This document shows, piece by piece, positions 50,480-63,329 of a DNA stretch of 64,000 nt. The position numbers and the translations under genes were made by a program. Each line of letters opens with the position of its first letter. Positions within the stretch are counted from its first letter, which is position 1. This DNA comes from Mizuhopecten yessoensis. Taxonomy: Eukaryota. The stretch is taken from the NCBI RefSeq assembly GCF_002113885.1, contig NW_018408917.1, forward strand, positions 1,137,390 to 1,201,389, given 5' to 3'. Under the pieces are notes generated by a model, which made no database searches, had not been told where the DNA came from, and saw nothing but the letters and a program-made list of their open reading frames with translations.

Positions 50480-53400
50480 CTGGTGGTTGTCAGGTGACAT
50501 TGAGTTAAATTCACAGCCCTCTTTTTCCATTCAATCAATTGCGTCTACTTCCTCTTCAAGTATCCAGTTCTGTAACGATAGACAACCTTTCGTCCATCTT
50601 AACGTTTAAGTTTAAGTTTAAAATACAAACCTGCATGATATTCATTACATAAGTGCAAAATTCATCTCCTCTTCTATCATATTGCAGCCTCCAAAAAAAC
50701 ACACACATACACTACACGCATGCATCTTGCACACAGGGGAGGCCGTGCTTAAATGACCTTAGCTGTTAATAGGACGTTAAACAAAATCAAACAAACAAAC
50801 AAACAAACTCGTCTATCATGTCCGCTACTGATCTATATCTCTACGTCGTGCTTTGGACTATTGGCATTTGTTGATATCTGGAGATATAGAACTGAATCCT
50901 GGTCCCATGTCTTCTAGCTCGTCTTCCTCATCTATATTTTCGAATATTAGTGGCCAGCTTGATGCAGTAAGTAATTTTCATTTGTCCATCTTAATGTTCA
51001 AAGTCTCAAACAAAAACTCGATATTCTTTACACCGAGTTAAGTAATATAACAATTTTATTCTTTACTGAGACATGGTTAAATTTAAGTGTTATCTCATCT
51101 GACCTTAACCTGCCTGGATATTCTGACCCATTCTGCTACTGTACACATGATCGAATGGGCGGTGGCATATCGGTTTATGTAAAATATAATATTCCTGCAA
51201 AGAGAAGATCAGATATAGAGATAGCTACCATTGAATGTGTCTGGTTAGAAATTGTACTTGGTTCAGAGAAAATATTATATGTTACTCTTTATCGGCCACC
51301 AAACTCTCCTGTCATCAAATGGTCTCATATCTCGCATTTTATAGAAAAAGCGTATACTACAGGTATTTCTCATATTGTGATAACCGGCGACGTTATTGCA
51401 AATGTCCTAGTAGACCACCATTCGTCCCACTTACGCGATATGCTTGTTTCCTTTAATCTAACTAAGCTTGTTGAATCACCAACTTTTTATACAGAAGCCT
51501 CTGAGTCATTGTTAGATATAGTCTGTACTAGTAGTAATAATCTTATTAATAAATGTTATGTTGGAGAAAGCTTCCTTGACCAACCGGTTAGATATCATTG
51601 TCCAATTTACTGTTCTTTTAATAGTTCAAAGCCAGTGCAGCAGGTGTTTAAACGAAATGTTTGGCTTTTTGACCTAGGAAATTACGATTTATTTTGGGAA
51701 AAAACTAAACTTATTTAACTGGAATTTATTGAGTGATTTTGATGATAATAATGGTGCTGTCAAAATTTTCTTATATGTTTTGCTTACTATTGCTCAATCT
51801 TATATTCCGAAAAATAACCATCAGATCTAATGAACCCCCTTGGCTATCAAACGAAATAAGGAGATTAATTCGTAAACGAAAGCGCGCTCAAAAAAAGCCA
51901 AGCGTACCCTTACTGAAGCTCACTGGGCAAAGTTTCGTCGACTTCGTAACAAATGTGTTAACACAATCAAGCACGCCAAATTAACATATTTTTCTAATTT
52001 ATGTATCGAACTTCGCAAACCGTCTAACATTAGTGCTTAGACTTAAGATGACTTTGAGAAACCTTGCTTATTTAATGACTTCTTTTGTGCCCAGTCTATA
52101 GTTGATGACTCCAATGTAAATATCCCTAACATTAACGACGAATGTAATAATTCCTTAACTGATATTAACATCACAGATAATGATGTCAGATATGCTATTC
52201 TTACCACTGACTGTTCTAAGGCCATTGATCCTGGCCTGGTAAATTCTCGTCCTTTTAAATAATCAGTAAATATCATATGTGTCCCCTTAAGTAATATCTT
52301 TAACAGGTCAATTAGATCTGGGGTATTCCCATCTGAATGGAATTTTCTAACGTCACCACTGTGCATAAAAAGATAACAAGTCTATATTAACTAATTACAT
52401 ACCTATATCACTGCTATCGATCGTTGGAAAATTAATGGAAAGATGTGTCTTCAAATATGTCTACAATTGTTTGCACACTCACTTCCTTCTATCCCCCATC
52501 AATCTCGATTTAAGCACGGTGACTCGCCAACAAATCAACTTCTTGCGATCATTCATGATATATATTTAGCTTTAGACAATGGTAAGGAAATACGTATGGT
52601 CTTTTGTGATATTAGTAAAGCTATCGATCGTGTCTAGCATAAAGACCTTCTTTGTAAATTATCCAGCTATGGGATTCGAAATTCGCTATTAGTTTGGGTT
52701 GAAAATTATCTTTCCAATCGAAAGCAGAGAGTTGTCATCAATGGTAAACATTAAAATTGGTTAAATGTTAAGGCTGGTGTTCCACAGGGCTCAATTCCTT
52801 GACCTCTTTTATTTATGATATGTATACATGACATTGTTGACATTGTTAAAGATAACACGCTAAAATAAAATTATTCGCTAACGACACCTCTCTTTACGTC
52901 ACTGTTGATATTCCTATAGTCAGCGCAGACATTCTTAATAGTGACCTTAATAAAATTCATAACTGGTCGCAAAGATGGTTAGTAAATGTTAACCCTTCCA
53001 AAACAGAAACCCTGCTCATTAGTAGAAAAACCATCAAACCTTTTCACCCTCCCTTAAATATGAACAATACTAACATCTCTGAAGTTACTACACACAAGCA
53101 TTTAGGTATTTTTCTCTCTGGAAATGGTCATTGGAATGAACACATCAGTTATTTGATATCTAAGATTTCACCTAAAATAAATATCTTACGTAAATTCAAA
53201 TTCTCTATGGACAGGTATAGTCTCCAAACTATGTACTACACTCTTATTCGACCTATATTAGACTATGGCGATATCTTATGGGACTGCCTTACTAAAGCTC
53301 AATCTGAGTTATTTAAAAATCTTCAATTAGAAGCAGCACGCATAGTCACTGGCGGCACTAGACTCACAAGTAGAATTAAACTGTATACTGAAACAGGTTG

Positions 53401-53585
53401 GCTTACCCTCGGGGAAAGACGTAAACAGCACAAGCTTATTCTTTTCCACAGAATGGTTCATGGTCTGGCTCCTCAATATCTTCTTAATATTCTACCTCAG
53501 CGTAACTAAATTACCACAACCATGATACTCGCACGGGTAATACTTTTCGTCCACTAGTTTATCATACGAGTCTCTATAAACCTTC
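50480..53585 (+). mobile_element. Decayed CR1/L2-group LINE ORF2 (2A motif, AP endonuclease, RT)
   Basis: LLISGDIELNPGP, VHLNVQSL, FTETWL, GGGISVYVK, YRPPNS, LLDIVCTS, PPWLSNEIRRLIRKR, FCDISKAIDRV, GVPQGS, LFANDTSL, HKHLGI, RPILDYG; frameshifted. Confidence 0.92.
50698..50808 (+). mobile_element. SINE 3' tail fragment
   Basis: CTTAAATGACCTTAGCTGTTAATAGGACGTTAAAC plus (AAAC)n; same tail as the SINE at ~3020-3068. Confidence 0.7.
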
Positions 53586-53939
53586 GTTGAACCTCGTTCA
53601 AGGTCACATAAATAAAATTTGTTAAAATAAAATGTTTGTATGGGGAGTCATTCAAGAATATCTTCCCTTGCTTTATTTGTTTAGAGTTAACGTTATAAAC
53701 TAATGTAATATTCCTTCATATTTTGTTTAGTGAATGGGCAAAAGGCAAAACAAAATTATAACTAGAACTGTAAGCCAAATGTTAGCTAATACCATCCGCT
53801 CCTATATAAACCAGAACTGTAGGCTAAAGGATCAAAAAGGCAAAGCATTCCAAAGCAATCCATGGTCTCCAATCAGTAATCAGTCCTGTACTCCCGCCCT
53901 ATGCCAACATATTCTTGCATACCAAATATTGTCAGCCCA

Positions 53940-54503
53940 GATGAACCGGTTTTGCTGAAATCGTCATAGGAGTAAATAATTCTCAAGACAAAGGTTTTTA
54001 ACAAAGGGCCATAACTCCTTAAAAATGGTCGAAGTGAAAAAAATACTTCCCTGATGCACGACATCAAGGGATAATTACCATATCTGTAAACTTTCATTGA
54101 AATCGGCCCAGTAGTTTATGATGCAGACAAAGGGGTTTTTTTTCAACAAAGGGGCATAACTCCTTTTTAAAGGGTAGGAATGAAAACATTCTACTTTGAT
54201 GCACAATGTCAGGGGCAGCTACCATACTGTTAACTTCCGTTGAAATTAGCGCTATAGTTCTGGAGGAGTTGTCTGGACAAGGATTTTTCAACAAAGGGCC
54301 ATAACTTTGTAAAACAAGGATCAGAAAGAAAAAAAATAGTACCTGGATGCACAATTTCAGGTGGAAGTTATCATATCTGGAAACTTGCGTTAAAATTGGT
54401 CCATTACTTTAGAAGGAGTTGTCCGGACAAACTTTTCTACGGACAGACAGACGGGCAGACAAGCTTATTCCAGTATACTGCCTAACTTCGTTTTGGGGGT
54501 ATA
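53940..54503 (-). mobile_element. HINE-type element (family of 3196-3640)
   Basis: AACAAAGGGCCATAACTCC repeats, (GACA/GACG)n, GACAAGCTTATTCCAGTATAC..GGGGGTATAA. Confidence 0.75.
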
Positions 54504-55389
54504 ATAAAGTGTATAATATTTTTACCATTATGATTATTTTATTGTTTTTCATATAATTGCATATCTTTGTCTATAACACAATCTCAACCTTAAGTAGTTC
54601 TCCAGAGGAAAGATTACTTTGGCAGAATACATATTCATGAGCTATTTCTGTTGCACATAACTTTAAAACATGCATTATATAACAAAGTGTTCTTGTTTAA
54701 TACAAAAACAGAAAATGTATCGGTATTTACCATAATAAATAAAGATAATCAAATCTCCATGATTAGGTGAAATTGGCCTTTGATCATGTTTGGCATGCTA
54801 AAAAAGTACTTTACCGGTTTTGATATTAGATAAAAATGATTCTGTAGAAAGAATATATATATGGAAAGTTTTTAAAGAAGTTAAAAATTTAGACCACCAA
54901 TGTAACTATATAAAGGCAAGTTGACAATGTTGGTTATATTTTAAATTTTGTAAAAAGTTAGCATGTTTTTCTTAATAAAGGTATTACTACGCTTAGCTCA
55001 TGTATACCTTCTTATTTCATCTTTTTAAACTTGCTGCATCTTAAATCGAAATGAGTCAGAGTTCGGCAGTAATAACCTATTATCAAAACAGGTAATATAG
55101 TATTGTAAAAACAATATTGAAGAATGCAAAAAACAATTGCTTTAGTCCCTAAGAAAAGACCTACATGTACACTTGGATGAAAGTATCGGCGTATGGCTTT
55201 ATCTTCAAACTTGTTAGTCCGACATCCCAGGAGGGCAAGAGGCATTAAAAACGACCGCATATTATGCTAAAATGAAGAGTAATACTGATTGCACAAAATA
55301 TACTTTAATGACATTTCGCCTTTTACTTTTCTACAAATGGAATTTGTTTGATTATTTTTGTAACGTTTCAATACATCACTGGTTTTTAG

Positions 55390-58300
55390 ATAAACGTGTC
55401 GTACTGAGGAAGTTATGGGAACAACAAGATGCTTCCTTCAAAGGAATGATGTTAAACTCGAGAGCACCAGAACTCCACCAGCTGGATACCTTGGAAATAA
55501 TGTCCTATCTTCCCAACTTACAAGGACTGAAAGCAGTTGAACTTGGAGCAGGAATCGGGTAAGTCTACGTGCCATGATTGGTTGGTTTAAGTTGATAAGG
55601 TTTAACATTTTATTAAGAGCTAAGTTAATTTACCTGTGTAATGCATGCATGTACGTGTGCCGGTGTACCACCGGAGACAGGGTATGTTGGAGTTAATGAC
55701 TACTTGTAAATAAACGCGGATCTCATGCCGACTTTTAGAGCGCTACTTCATCGAAATACCATCCCGATGAAACACAACACAATATTCTACATATGATACT
55801 GACAGCTACATGTCTTCAATTTTATTTAGAACTTAACAACTGCATTATTATCACACAAAGTGAAATACATCGATGATGAAAGTGCATTTCTGTTTTGTTA
55901 TTTTTTTTTACAGATCGTTCTTTTCTTGTTTTCAATCGAAAGAGGTTATATATAAAATCATTTCACAGACGTTTTACAGGGCATCTTGCGCAGAGAGCTA
56001 AACACGTACTGGCAGTAGACTTTGTGGCCAAGTTCATAGAGAAAAACAGAGAAGTAAACGGTGTCTACAGAAATATAGACTACGTTGTCGATGATGTTAT
56101 GAACATCAATCTGGAGCCAAACAGCGTTGGGTTCGTCTTCACCAATTGGCTCTTTATGTACCTTGACGACGAGGCATCAACACGACTACTCCACGGCATG
56201 CTGACATGGTTACCTTCCGATGGATATGTCTTCGTTAGAGAATCATGCCTATACGGTTCAGGTAGATATCACGACTCAGACAGACCTCATTGTTGACATT
56301 ATATTGACATTTAATTTGAACTAATTTAAGGATACTTTTGTAGAAGGGGGGGGGTGGGGGGTAATACGTGTATGCCACCAACAGAAAAGTAAAAGTATTT
56401 ATTAAGTTACTTCTCTTCCATTAGCATATAAGTCACAAAATCTTTTTATGAATATAGTTACCTATTTTTCCATATTTTATTACATACAGTGTATCTATGT
56501 TTATAGGATATCGCTTCCCGTTTTATATACAAATTACCAAGATAACGGTCCGCCGACGAGCATATGGACAAATTATGATTATAATTGAAAGCTATAAATT
56601 GGTAAACTTTTTAATTATTAATATACACGACATAAATGTGCTTCCTTTTCATTTCTATTTTGCATAAACCATATATATGTATAGTTCTTTGTTAACAACT
56701 AAGATAATTAAAGGACGTACATCTATGTGTTTCATGCAAGCGTGTATGATGGAGGCGGTATGGTGTTTCTCTTTCCATTGAAACCATTTTATCAGGCATT
56801 TGTTTGTTTCAGGTGATTTATCATTTAATGAAGACACTACGTTTTACCGGGAGGCGCAACAGTTTGAAGCATTGTTCCGCTCTGTCAATATTTCAGGCGA
56901 CGACAGAACATCTGTTTACCATCTCCGTATAGTAATGTCGAAATCTTTGGACTCTTACTGCAAGGTAAATACGAAGTCAAATAGAAATAAATACATTTTA
57001 ATTTATTATGTCCCCCAAACGGCATATTGTGTTTACGCCGTTTCTTCTTCCGCCGTGAACTTGTCCGACCATTTTCTCGAAAACCGCAAGTCATATCTTG
57101 ATAAAACTTCACATCATTATTAATGCGCATATGTATTTTGTGCTTTCAAGTATTTATTTTCAGATCGTTGCCAAAGCAACCACATGGCACGTAGGCTTCT
57201 GATTGGTCGAAATTTAGATATTGTTTGATTTTGTTGAAAATTGGTATATATGGGTATAAAGGAATGGGAATTCAACCGCATATGTTTCGTTGCCATATTG
57301 TCACACGTAGGCTTTTGAGATGGTCGAAATTTAGATATTGTTTGATTTTGTTGAAAATTGTCATATAGGGGTACTAGGGGACTGCGAACCCAACCGCATA
57401 AGTTTCGTTGCCATAGCAACCACACAGAGGCTTCCGATTGGTCTTAATTTAAAAACTGCTCGATGCTCAAATGTATTATATACATTGTTGGTGTATTATG
57501 TCATTACGATCCTTTTCTGATGCATCTTTGCGACTATGGGGGCAGCTTTGGAGTCTTCTGAAATGGCCCCCATTACAATTAGTACTTGTTGGTTGATAGA
57601 TTGATTTATAAGGTTATTCATCCTAGAACAGCTAAGGTCATATTAGGATGTGTCTTCATGTGTGTTATGTAAGTGTGCATGCATGTATGGTATGTTCGTG
57701 TATTTGCCTACTTTTGATAGCGCGGAACTGACGTCGACTTTATAGTGCTATCTCACTTAAATACCAGGCACCCAACACAGCATTCCGCCCAGTCACGTTA
57801 TACTGACAACGGGTGAACCAGTGTGTCTTTATCAGCAACATATAGGGCTTGAGTAGACTATATTTATTTATATAAAGCAACATATAGGGATTGAGTAGAT
57901 TATAATTATATATATATACATATATTTAAGTCTTGGATATTGAATCTGAGGTTGTATTTTTGTATGGTGTTTGTGTCGTATTTACAATTCAGGTAATTTA
58001 AGGATGTGCGTCTATGTGTGTTATGTGTGTGTGTTAATGTTGTTGTGCATTTGCCTCCTTGAAAGTTTAGCAGGGATTGGAGGACTTTGGTTTGTCTCCG
58101 ACTAGGGATAGCCAAGGGCGGCACTAGAAAACAAGGTTGAGAGAACTCAACCTAAGTTGAGAGAAAATACGATCTAAACAAATTGGAGAGAAAATACGAT
58201 CCAAATGTTGCAATGAGTGCAGCAGATTTGCTTTGGTCACTTCTTTGTCTCAGAGTAGAGGGCACATAAGCCAATCACCATATCTGCAGGGGTTCTCATA

Positions 58301-58861
58301 TTACGCAATAGTATTGAACTTTCGACATCGAACTATTGTTATTGTTCACGTCAAACTAGTATATTGTTCAAATAAGTGCTTCCTTGATTCGTGTTTCTTG
58401 TGATTAGTTAAAGTTGCTTTATTTGTATCTACTTTGAAGTCAAAATTTGTTTCTTTGTGTTGAAAATGTGGTATACATGTTTCTCGTTCTACGTTAAAAG
58501 GCCTCAACGAAGAATAATCCGTATGCAGACGCATACACTTTCAAATAATTACTGATATGTATAATGCCAGATTATGAATAAAACAAGAAGCGTTTGTAAG
58601 TGCTTTATCGGATAAACTATTCTGCGTTTCTACATGGATTTTAGAAATGAAGTGGTTGCTACATTTTTTCCCTTTTAATTGAATCTTCGAAAGAGGTGTA
58701 GGAAATCACTTAGTTTTAAGTTCTTTTATTATTAGTTTCGAGTTATGGACTTGCTTTAATGCACTGACTACATACTTTTGTTGCAGGTGATGAAGAATGA
58801 AAACCAGATATTATGGCTTCTTCAAAAAGTAAAAAGGGAGACCACTCCGAGACTTCAATAA
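55390..58861 (+). CDS. Phosphoethanolamine N-methyltransferase-like protein, N-terminal (MT1) domain only; join(<55390..55558,55969..56261,56813..56964,58787..58861); start exon unresolved
   Basis: MMLNS.A..L..EIMSYLP, VELGAGIGRFTGHLA, VLAVDFV..FIEKN, VFTNWLFMYLDD, WL..GYVFVRESC..SG, TFYR, KNENQILWLLQKV; canonical GT-AG sites with phases 2/1/0; TAA at 58859-58861, AATAAA at 58991. Confidence 0.9.
57003..57592 (+). mobile_element. HINE-like element with ~116-bp internal repeats in the last PMT intron
   Basis: Start TTATTATGTCCCCC; repeated GGTCGAAATTTAGATATTGTTTGATTTTGTTGAAAATTG and TTTCGTTGCCATAGCAAC; ends ACTTGTT. Confidence 0.65.
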
Positions 58862-61219
58862 CTTAACACAAGCTGTCCAATGATACAACCAGATACTAGA
58901 CATGAGAAACGTCGAAATATGTTTTGTTGTATTCGTGAAATCATAATCTGGTAACCCGATTCTCGTACATAAAATATTTATTCATGCTTGAATAAACCTG
59001 TACACAAAATCTGGAAATCAATAGACGCCTCTATTATTGTTATACAGTGTACAATCATATTCAACGGATGTCAATCAAAAAAATGTATATTCATTATATA
59101 ATTAGATATATTGATTTTAGCTTGCCTTTTTATTTCGAAATTGGACTGGAGTCCCATTCTGATATTAGTTTGCTTAAATCTAACCTCTGCTGCAGTAAGG
59201 GGTTTACATTTTGTGTTTTCCTCTAGGTAATTATTATATATAAAGGGAAATAACCACTACCGACGTAAAGGAATATCTTAAATCAAACGTTGATGTGCCC
59301 TTTTACTTCTACAGATTGTCCGAAATCGGACCTAAAAATTGATACTAAGAAATGAAAACAAGACACATCACCAACCCCCAGGATGAATACCCTCTGGCAG
59401 TGCGAGGACGATTGTTATTATATGAATTTATAAAGCATGATTTCAGGTCGTGTTCACATTCAAAACTATCTTGCATTGTTACTGAATTTAGAACAGTACA
59501 TGTACGCAAAATGATTCTCATCTTTACCTATTCGTAATAAATATCCGCCTAAAGCATTCTCAACTCGTTTATAATTACATGAATAAACTGTCATTTCGTG
59601 GGCTGAAAAAGAGATGTTCTTCTTAAAATGTCAGAGAACTATTTATATTAGACCTTTCTCATTTTGGGACAGACCTAGAACGGAGCAAGGAGACAGAGAC
59701 CTAGACAAGCAAATACAGGGGTCATTTCAAAAATAATTTTATATGGAACGTACCTTATAGGGTATGTCAGAGTGTGTACATGCACGTGTACGTGACTACA
59801 GGTAAGCGAACAGGTAACATCGTATGCATTTCGTGGCTCACTGCGGCAAGTATTTAACCGTGGCCATTGATATTTCAATGTCTCCACTAAAGACCTCACC
59901 CGGGACCTCTGTTGTATTATTCTGACGCCGAATGAGTTAAAAGAAATTCTCCGAGCCCAGGTGTTAGATTCATTTTCGGTAAAATATACCAAATATAATC
60001 AAGATAATAACATAATTGTATTTAATCATTAACTAAATATGTATGATACTCTAACATCCTTCCCGGAATCTATGTTCGTCTACTACTTCCAAACCGGTTT
60101 TTCCGGTGTTATGTTGTGGTCTGGTGAATTACAAACATCAATTTACGAAATGAAGAAAGCAGCTAACACTTCCAACGTCAAAATAGTAAAAACTGGTCTC
60201 TCTTGAACTTTTAGCCACAATGCTTTCTCTGGGATAGAATATCAAGTCTATCTTTTATCTAAACAACTACCACCACCTACTTTCATTTTCTGATGGAGAA
60301 TTGGGCTGTACAAAAATTCTACGTCATTTAATTATTTTTCTTATCTGAAATAAAGCCACACGAGACTGAGTTATCTCTTGAGAAACCTGTTTTAGAAAAT
60401 CGCACATTCGGAAATTAAAATATATCATACATTTGAATGTGTTCCTCTACAGATCTCAGCGCGCTTTTTTTTAATTGGATTTGTCTAGAAAGAGTTACGT
60501 GTATTTTTATAACTAGACTAGAACTGCAATATAGAAATACATTTTCGTGATAAATAGGGGAAAATCTGAATATTTACGAGAATTTCGGACTATATCAATA
60601 TGTATTTGCAACTATTTGTCGAAGGTGACAGCTGAAAGGGACATCACGTGAAGAGCCATATTTCCGCACATCGTCCACACATGGTGCGCACAACTGTGCG
60701 ATTTAGCAATCGTTCTCCCCGTTTTGCGCTTCTCTCCGCACAACTGTGCGATTTGGTATCATTTGTAGATCAAAATTACGGAATGACAAAAATACGGAAG
60801 GCTCCTATGCGATAATGTACACTGTGTATATATCTGTAATTTCTCATCACAATAATCATTTTCACAATGCGTGTTACACAGTATTACAGCGACCGTTAGG
60901 CTGTCAAGAATGGGTTTGGCTCCAAGGTAACAGAACAGGGAAATAACAATTTGATGAGTGTCCGGAGTTTTACCTGACCAGTGCCTGACACACAGAGCTG
61001 ATATGCGATACCGTTTGACCGTACTGAATAGTATTTGTTATTTGCATTCGTTTGCCTATATATACCTCCCCTTCACGTGGATTTTCACACCCCCGGCCTT
61101 ACCCGACGAGTTACGTAAGTGCCCCATGCGGGGAGAAAACTACGGTCCAGGTACATGTACAAAGTGGTTATGTTTACCTGAAAACCGCATGGGACACTCT
61201 ACTTAGACGGCCCTCCTAC

Positions 61220-61530
61220 GTGTACATAGTGATAAAGCTTCTGCATTGGATAACAAGTGCAGAGCGGTGCTTGTCATGCTGGACTTGTCAGCTGCATTTG
61301 ACGTCATCGACCATGGCATACTCTATAAACGTCTGGAAAACTCTTATGGAGTGACTGATACCTGAGTGAACGACGACAGTGCTTGCCATCGGATCTGCCA
61401 CCTCACATGACAAAGTACTAGATTTCGGGGTTCCTCAAGGGTCGGTGTTAGGACCACGAAAATATTGTATGTACTCCAAACCGATTGGAGAGATTTGTCG
61501 TCGCCATAGCCTTCGCTATCATTGCTATGC
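61220..61530 (+). mobile_element. L2-group LINE RT fragment running into the assembly gap
   Basis: AVLVMLDLSAAFDVIDH, FGVPQGSVLGP..Y, YHCYA[gap]. Confidence 0.88.
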
Positions 61531-61950
61531 NNNNNNNNNNNNNNNNNNNNNNNNNNNNNNNNNNNNNNNNNNNNNNNNNNNNNNNNNNNNNNNNNNNNNN
61601 NNNNNNNNNNNNNNNNNNNNNNNNNNNNNNNNNNNNNNNNNNNNNNNNNNNNNNNNNNNNNNNNNNNNNNNNNNNNNNNNNNNNNNNNNNNNNNNNNNNN
61701 NNNNNNNNNNNNNNNNNNNNNNNNNNNNNNNNNNNNNNNNNNNNNNNNNNNNNNNNNNNNNNNNNNNNNNNNNNNNNNNNNNNNNNNNNNNNNNNNNNNN
61801 NNNNNNNNNNNNNNNNNNNNNNNNNNNNNNNNNNNNNNNNNNNNNNNNNNNNNNNNNNNNNNNNNNNNNNNNNNNNNNNNNNNNNNNNNNNNNNNNNNNN
61901 NNNNNNNNNNNNNNNNNNNNNNNNNNNNNNNNNNNNNNNNNNNNNNNNNN
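61531..61950. other. Assembly gap (420 N)
   Basis: Direct reading. Confidence 1.
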
Positions 61951-62343
61951 TACGTCATCACTTACCAAGCAATCTCATTGGCTAACCATAAGAGCTCGTG
62001 CTCCCCGACCTATACGAGTACTCCGTACCTATAGGACAAATATTTCCCGCTATTCTACTAACCGCGGGAAATTTAAAGTCCTCTATATACTCATCATATG
62101 TTATAAACAACAAACTCCTTATATGCAGTTAGCTGCTCTGCCTTTAGATTACAAAAGAACGGGACTGATTAATGATTATATGCTAAAACTATACAAAAAA
62201 CCTGGTGTAATCATAGTAAAAAAAAACACAAAAAAACTCGTACTTAAACAAATACTCACAAACCTGACTGTTACCTAACTTGTACGAGCCTAACTACTCA
62301 GTGTACAAGTACATAATATGCAATAGATATTAGCCTCATATAC

Positions 62344-63285
62344 CTACAAGCCCAACTGCTGGGTAACCTGCAATCTATGCTGAAGCGAATCGGCCACATA
62401 GCCATCCTTAGCAACATCGCTTCTCCATCTCCCATGCCTCTTCCAGCACCTTTCGTTTACATTACTATTTGCCGCTTCTGTAGCGCCACCTGCCCTCAGA
62501 GAATGTAACCCTAAATTCAAACCACTACCTACCTCCTGCAACCTTTTGACAACACATTCTCTTGCCCTCGTATAACTTAATGGTTTCTGCTTACCTATCT
62601 GCTTACACCCGGCCTTTCCACGGACTAATGGTTTGAACAAATAATCATTTGAACTTACCGTTGCTCCAGACAAATCCATAAATTTTTCCAGCATCAAATA
62701 AGGACATGCTGATGTTTTACCTCTTGCGATGACTACCTCATTCCCTAGCCTGTACTGATCGGTTTTAGATTTTCTAATCATTAGCTTTAAGCACGACCCG
62801 TGAAACGATACATCCTCACATCTTAACTCGCTCAACTCATTGTACCTTAGAAAACCAGCAAAACACAGAACAATCATCGCCAAATCTCTCACCACAGTAA
62901 TGTCCCTAGAGTCTTTATGGCTATCGCATAATTTGATAAGCATATCAGCCGATACGCAGTCCTTCTTTATCCTGGGTGCCCGTACTTGTCGTTTTGCGGC
63001 CTCCAACATGTTTCTTACAAAACCATTCTCCGTAGGATCGTCGAAAGCGTTAATAGAATGAGCCCACTTAATTCCGTACACAGCCGATGAAACAACACTG
63101 TATGAACCACCCACATCCAAAATGTGTGTCAAGTACAGCGCCACCTGTATGGGCTGAGCTGGAAGTGAACATCCTCCGTCCTGCTTTATGAAATCCTCCC
63201 ACTTTTTGAAAGCCCTGTAATATTTTACCACCGTATTGTCGCTCCTCGAGTTTAAAATGTAGCCCGCCATTCTCTTAGCCAACAT
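62344..63285 (-). CDS. Tyrosine recombinase of a DIRS-type element (313 aa)
   Basis: N-terminal SAM-like core-binding region (T..KY..AF..W..F); catalytic set FLRYNEL (R), RKSKTDQ (K), HSLRAGG (HxxR), HGRW, GYV (Y) all present. Confidence 0.93.
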   Translation of the reverse strand: MLAKRMAGYILNSRSDNTVVKYYRAFKKWEDFIKQDGGCSLPAQPIQVALYLTHILDVGGSYSVVSSAVYGIKWAHSINAFDDPTENGFVRNMLEAAKRQVRAPRIKKDCVSADMLIKLCDSHKDSRDITVVRDLAMIVLCFAGFLRYNELSELRCEDVSFHGSCLKLMIRKSKTDQYRLGNEVVIARGKTSACPYLMLEKFMDLSGATVSSNDYLFKPLVRGKAGCKQIGKQKPLSYTRARECVVKRLQEVGSGLNLGLHSLRAGGATEAANSNVNERCWKRHGRWRSDVAKDGYVADSLQHRLQVTQQLGL

Positions 63286-63329
63286 GCTTGCCCGAGCCGT
63301 TTCCTGCCCTGTACGCCGTATTTCTTCGT

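Noticed and set aside
4003-58861. Functional cluster linking pseudo-caspase, riboflavin transporter and methyltransferase
   Set aside because: Same orientation only; the genes are separated by 10-26 kb of TEs, with no shared pathway or regulatory evidence in the sequence
61344-62278. Long ORFs spanning 61.3-62.3 kb
   Set aside because: Artefacts of reading through the 420-N gap
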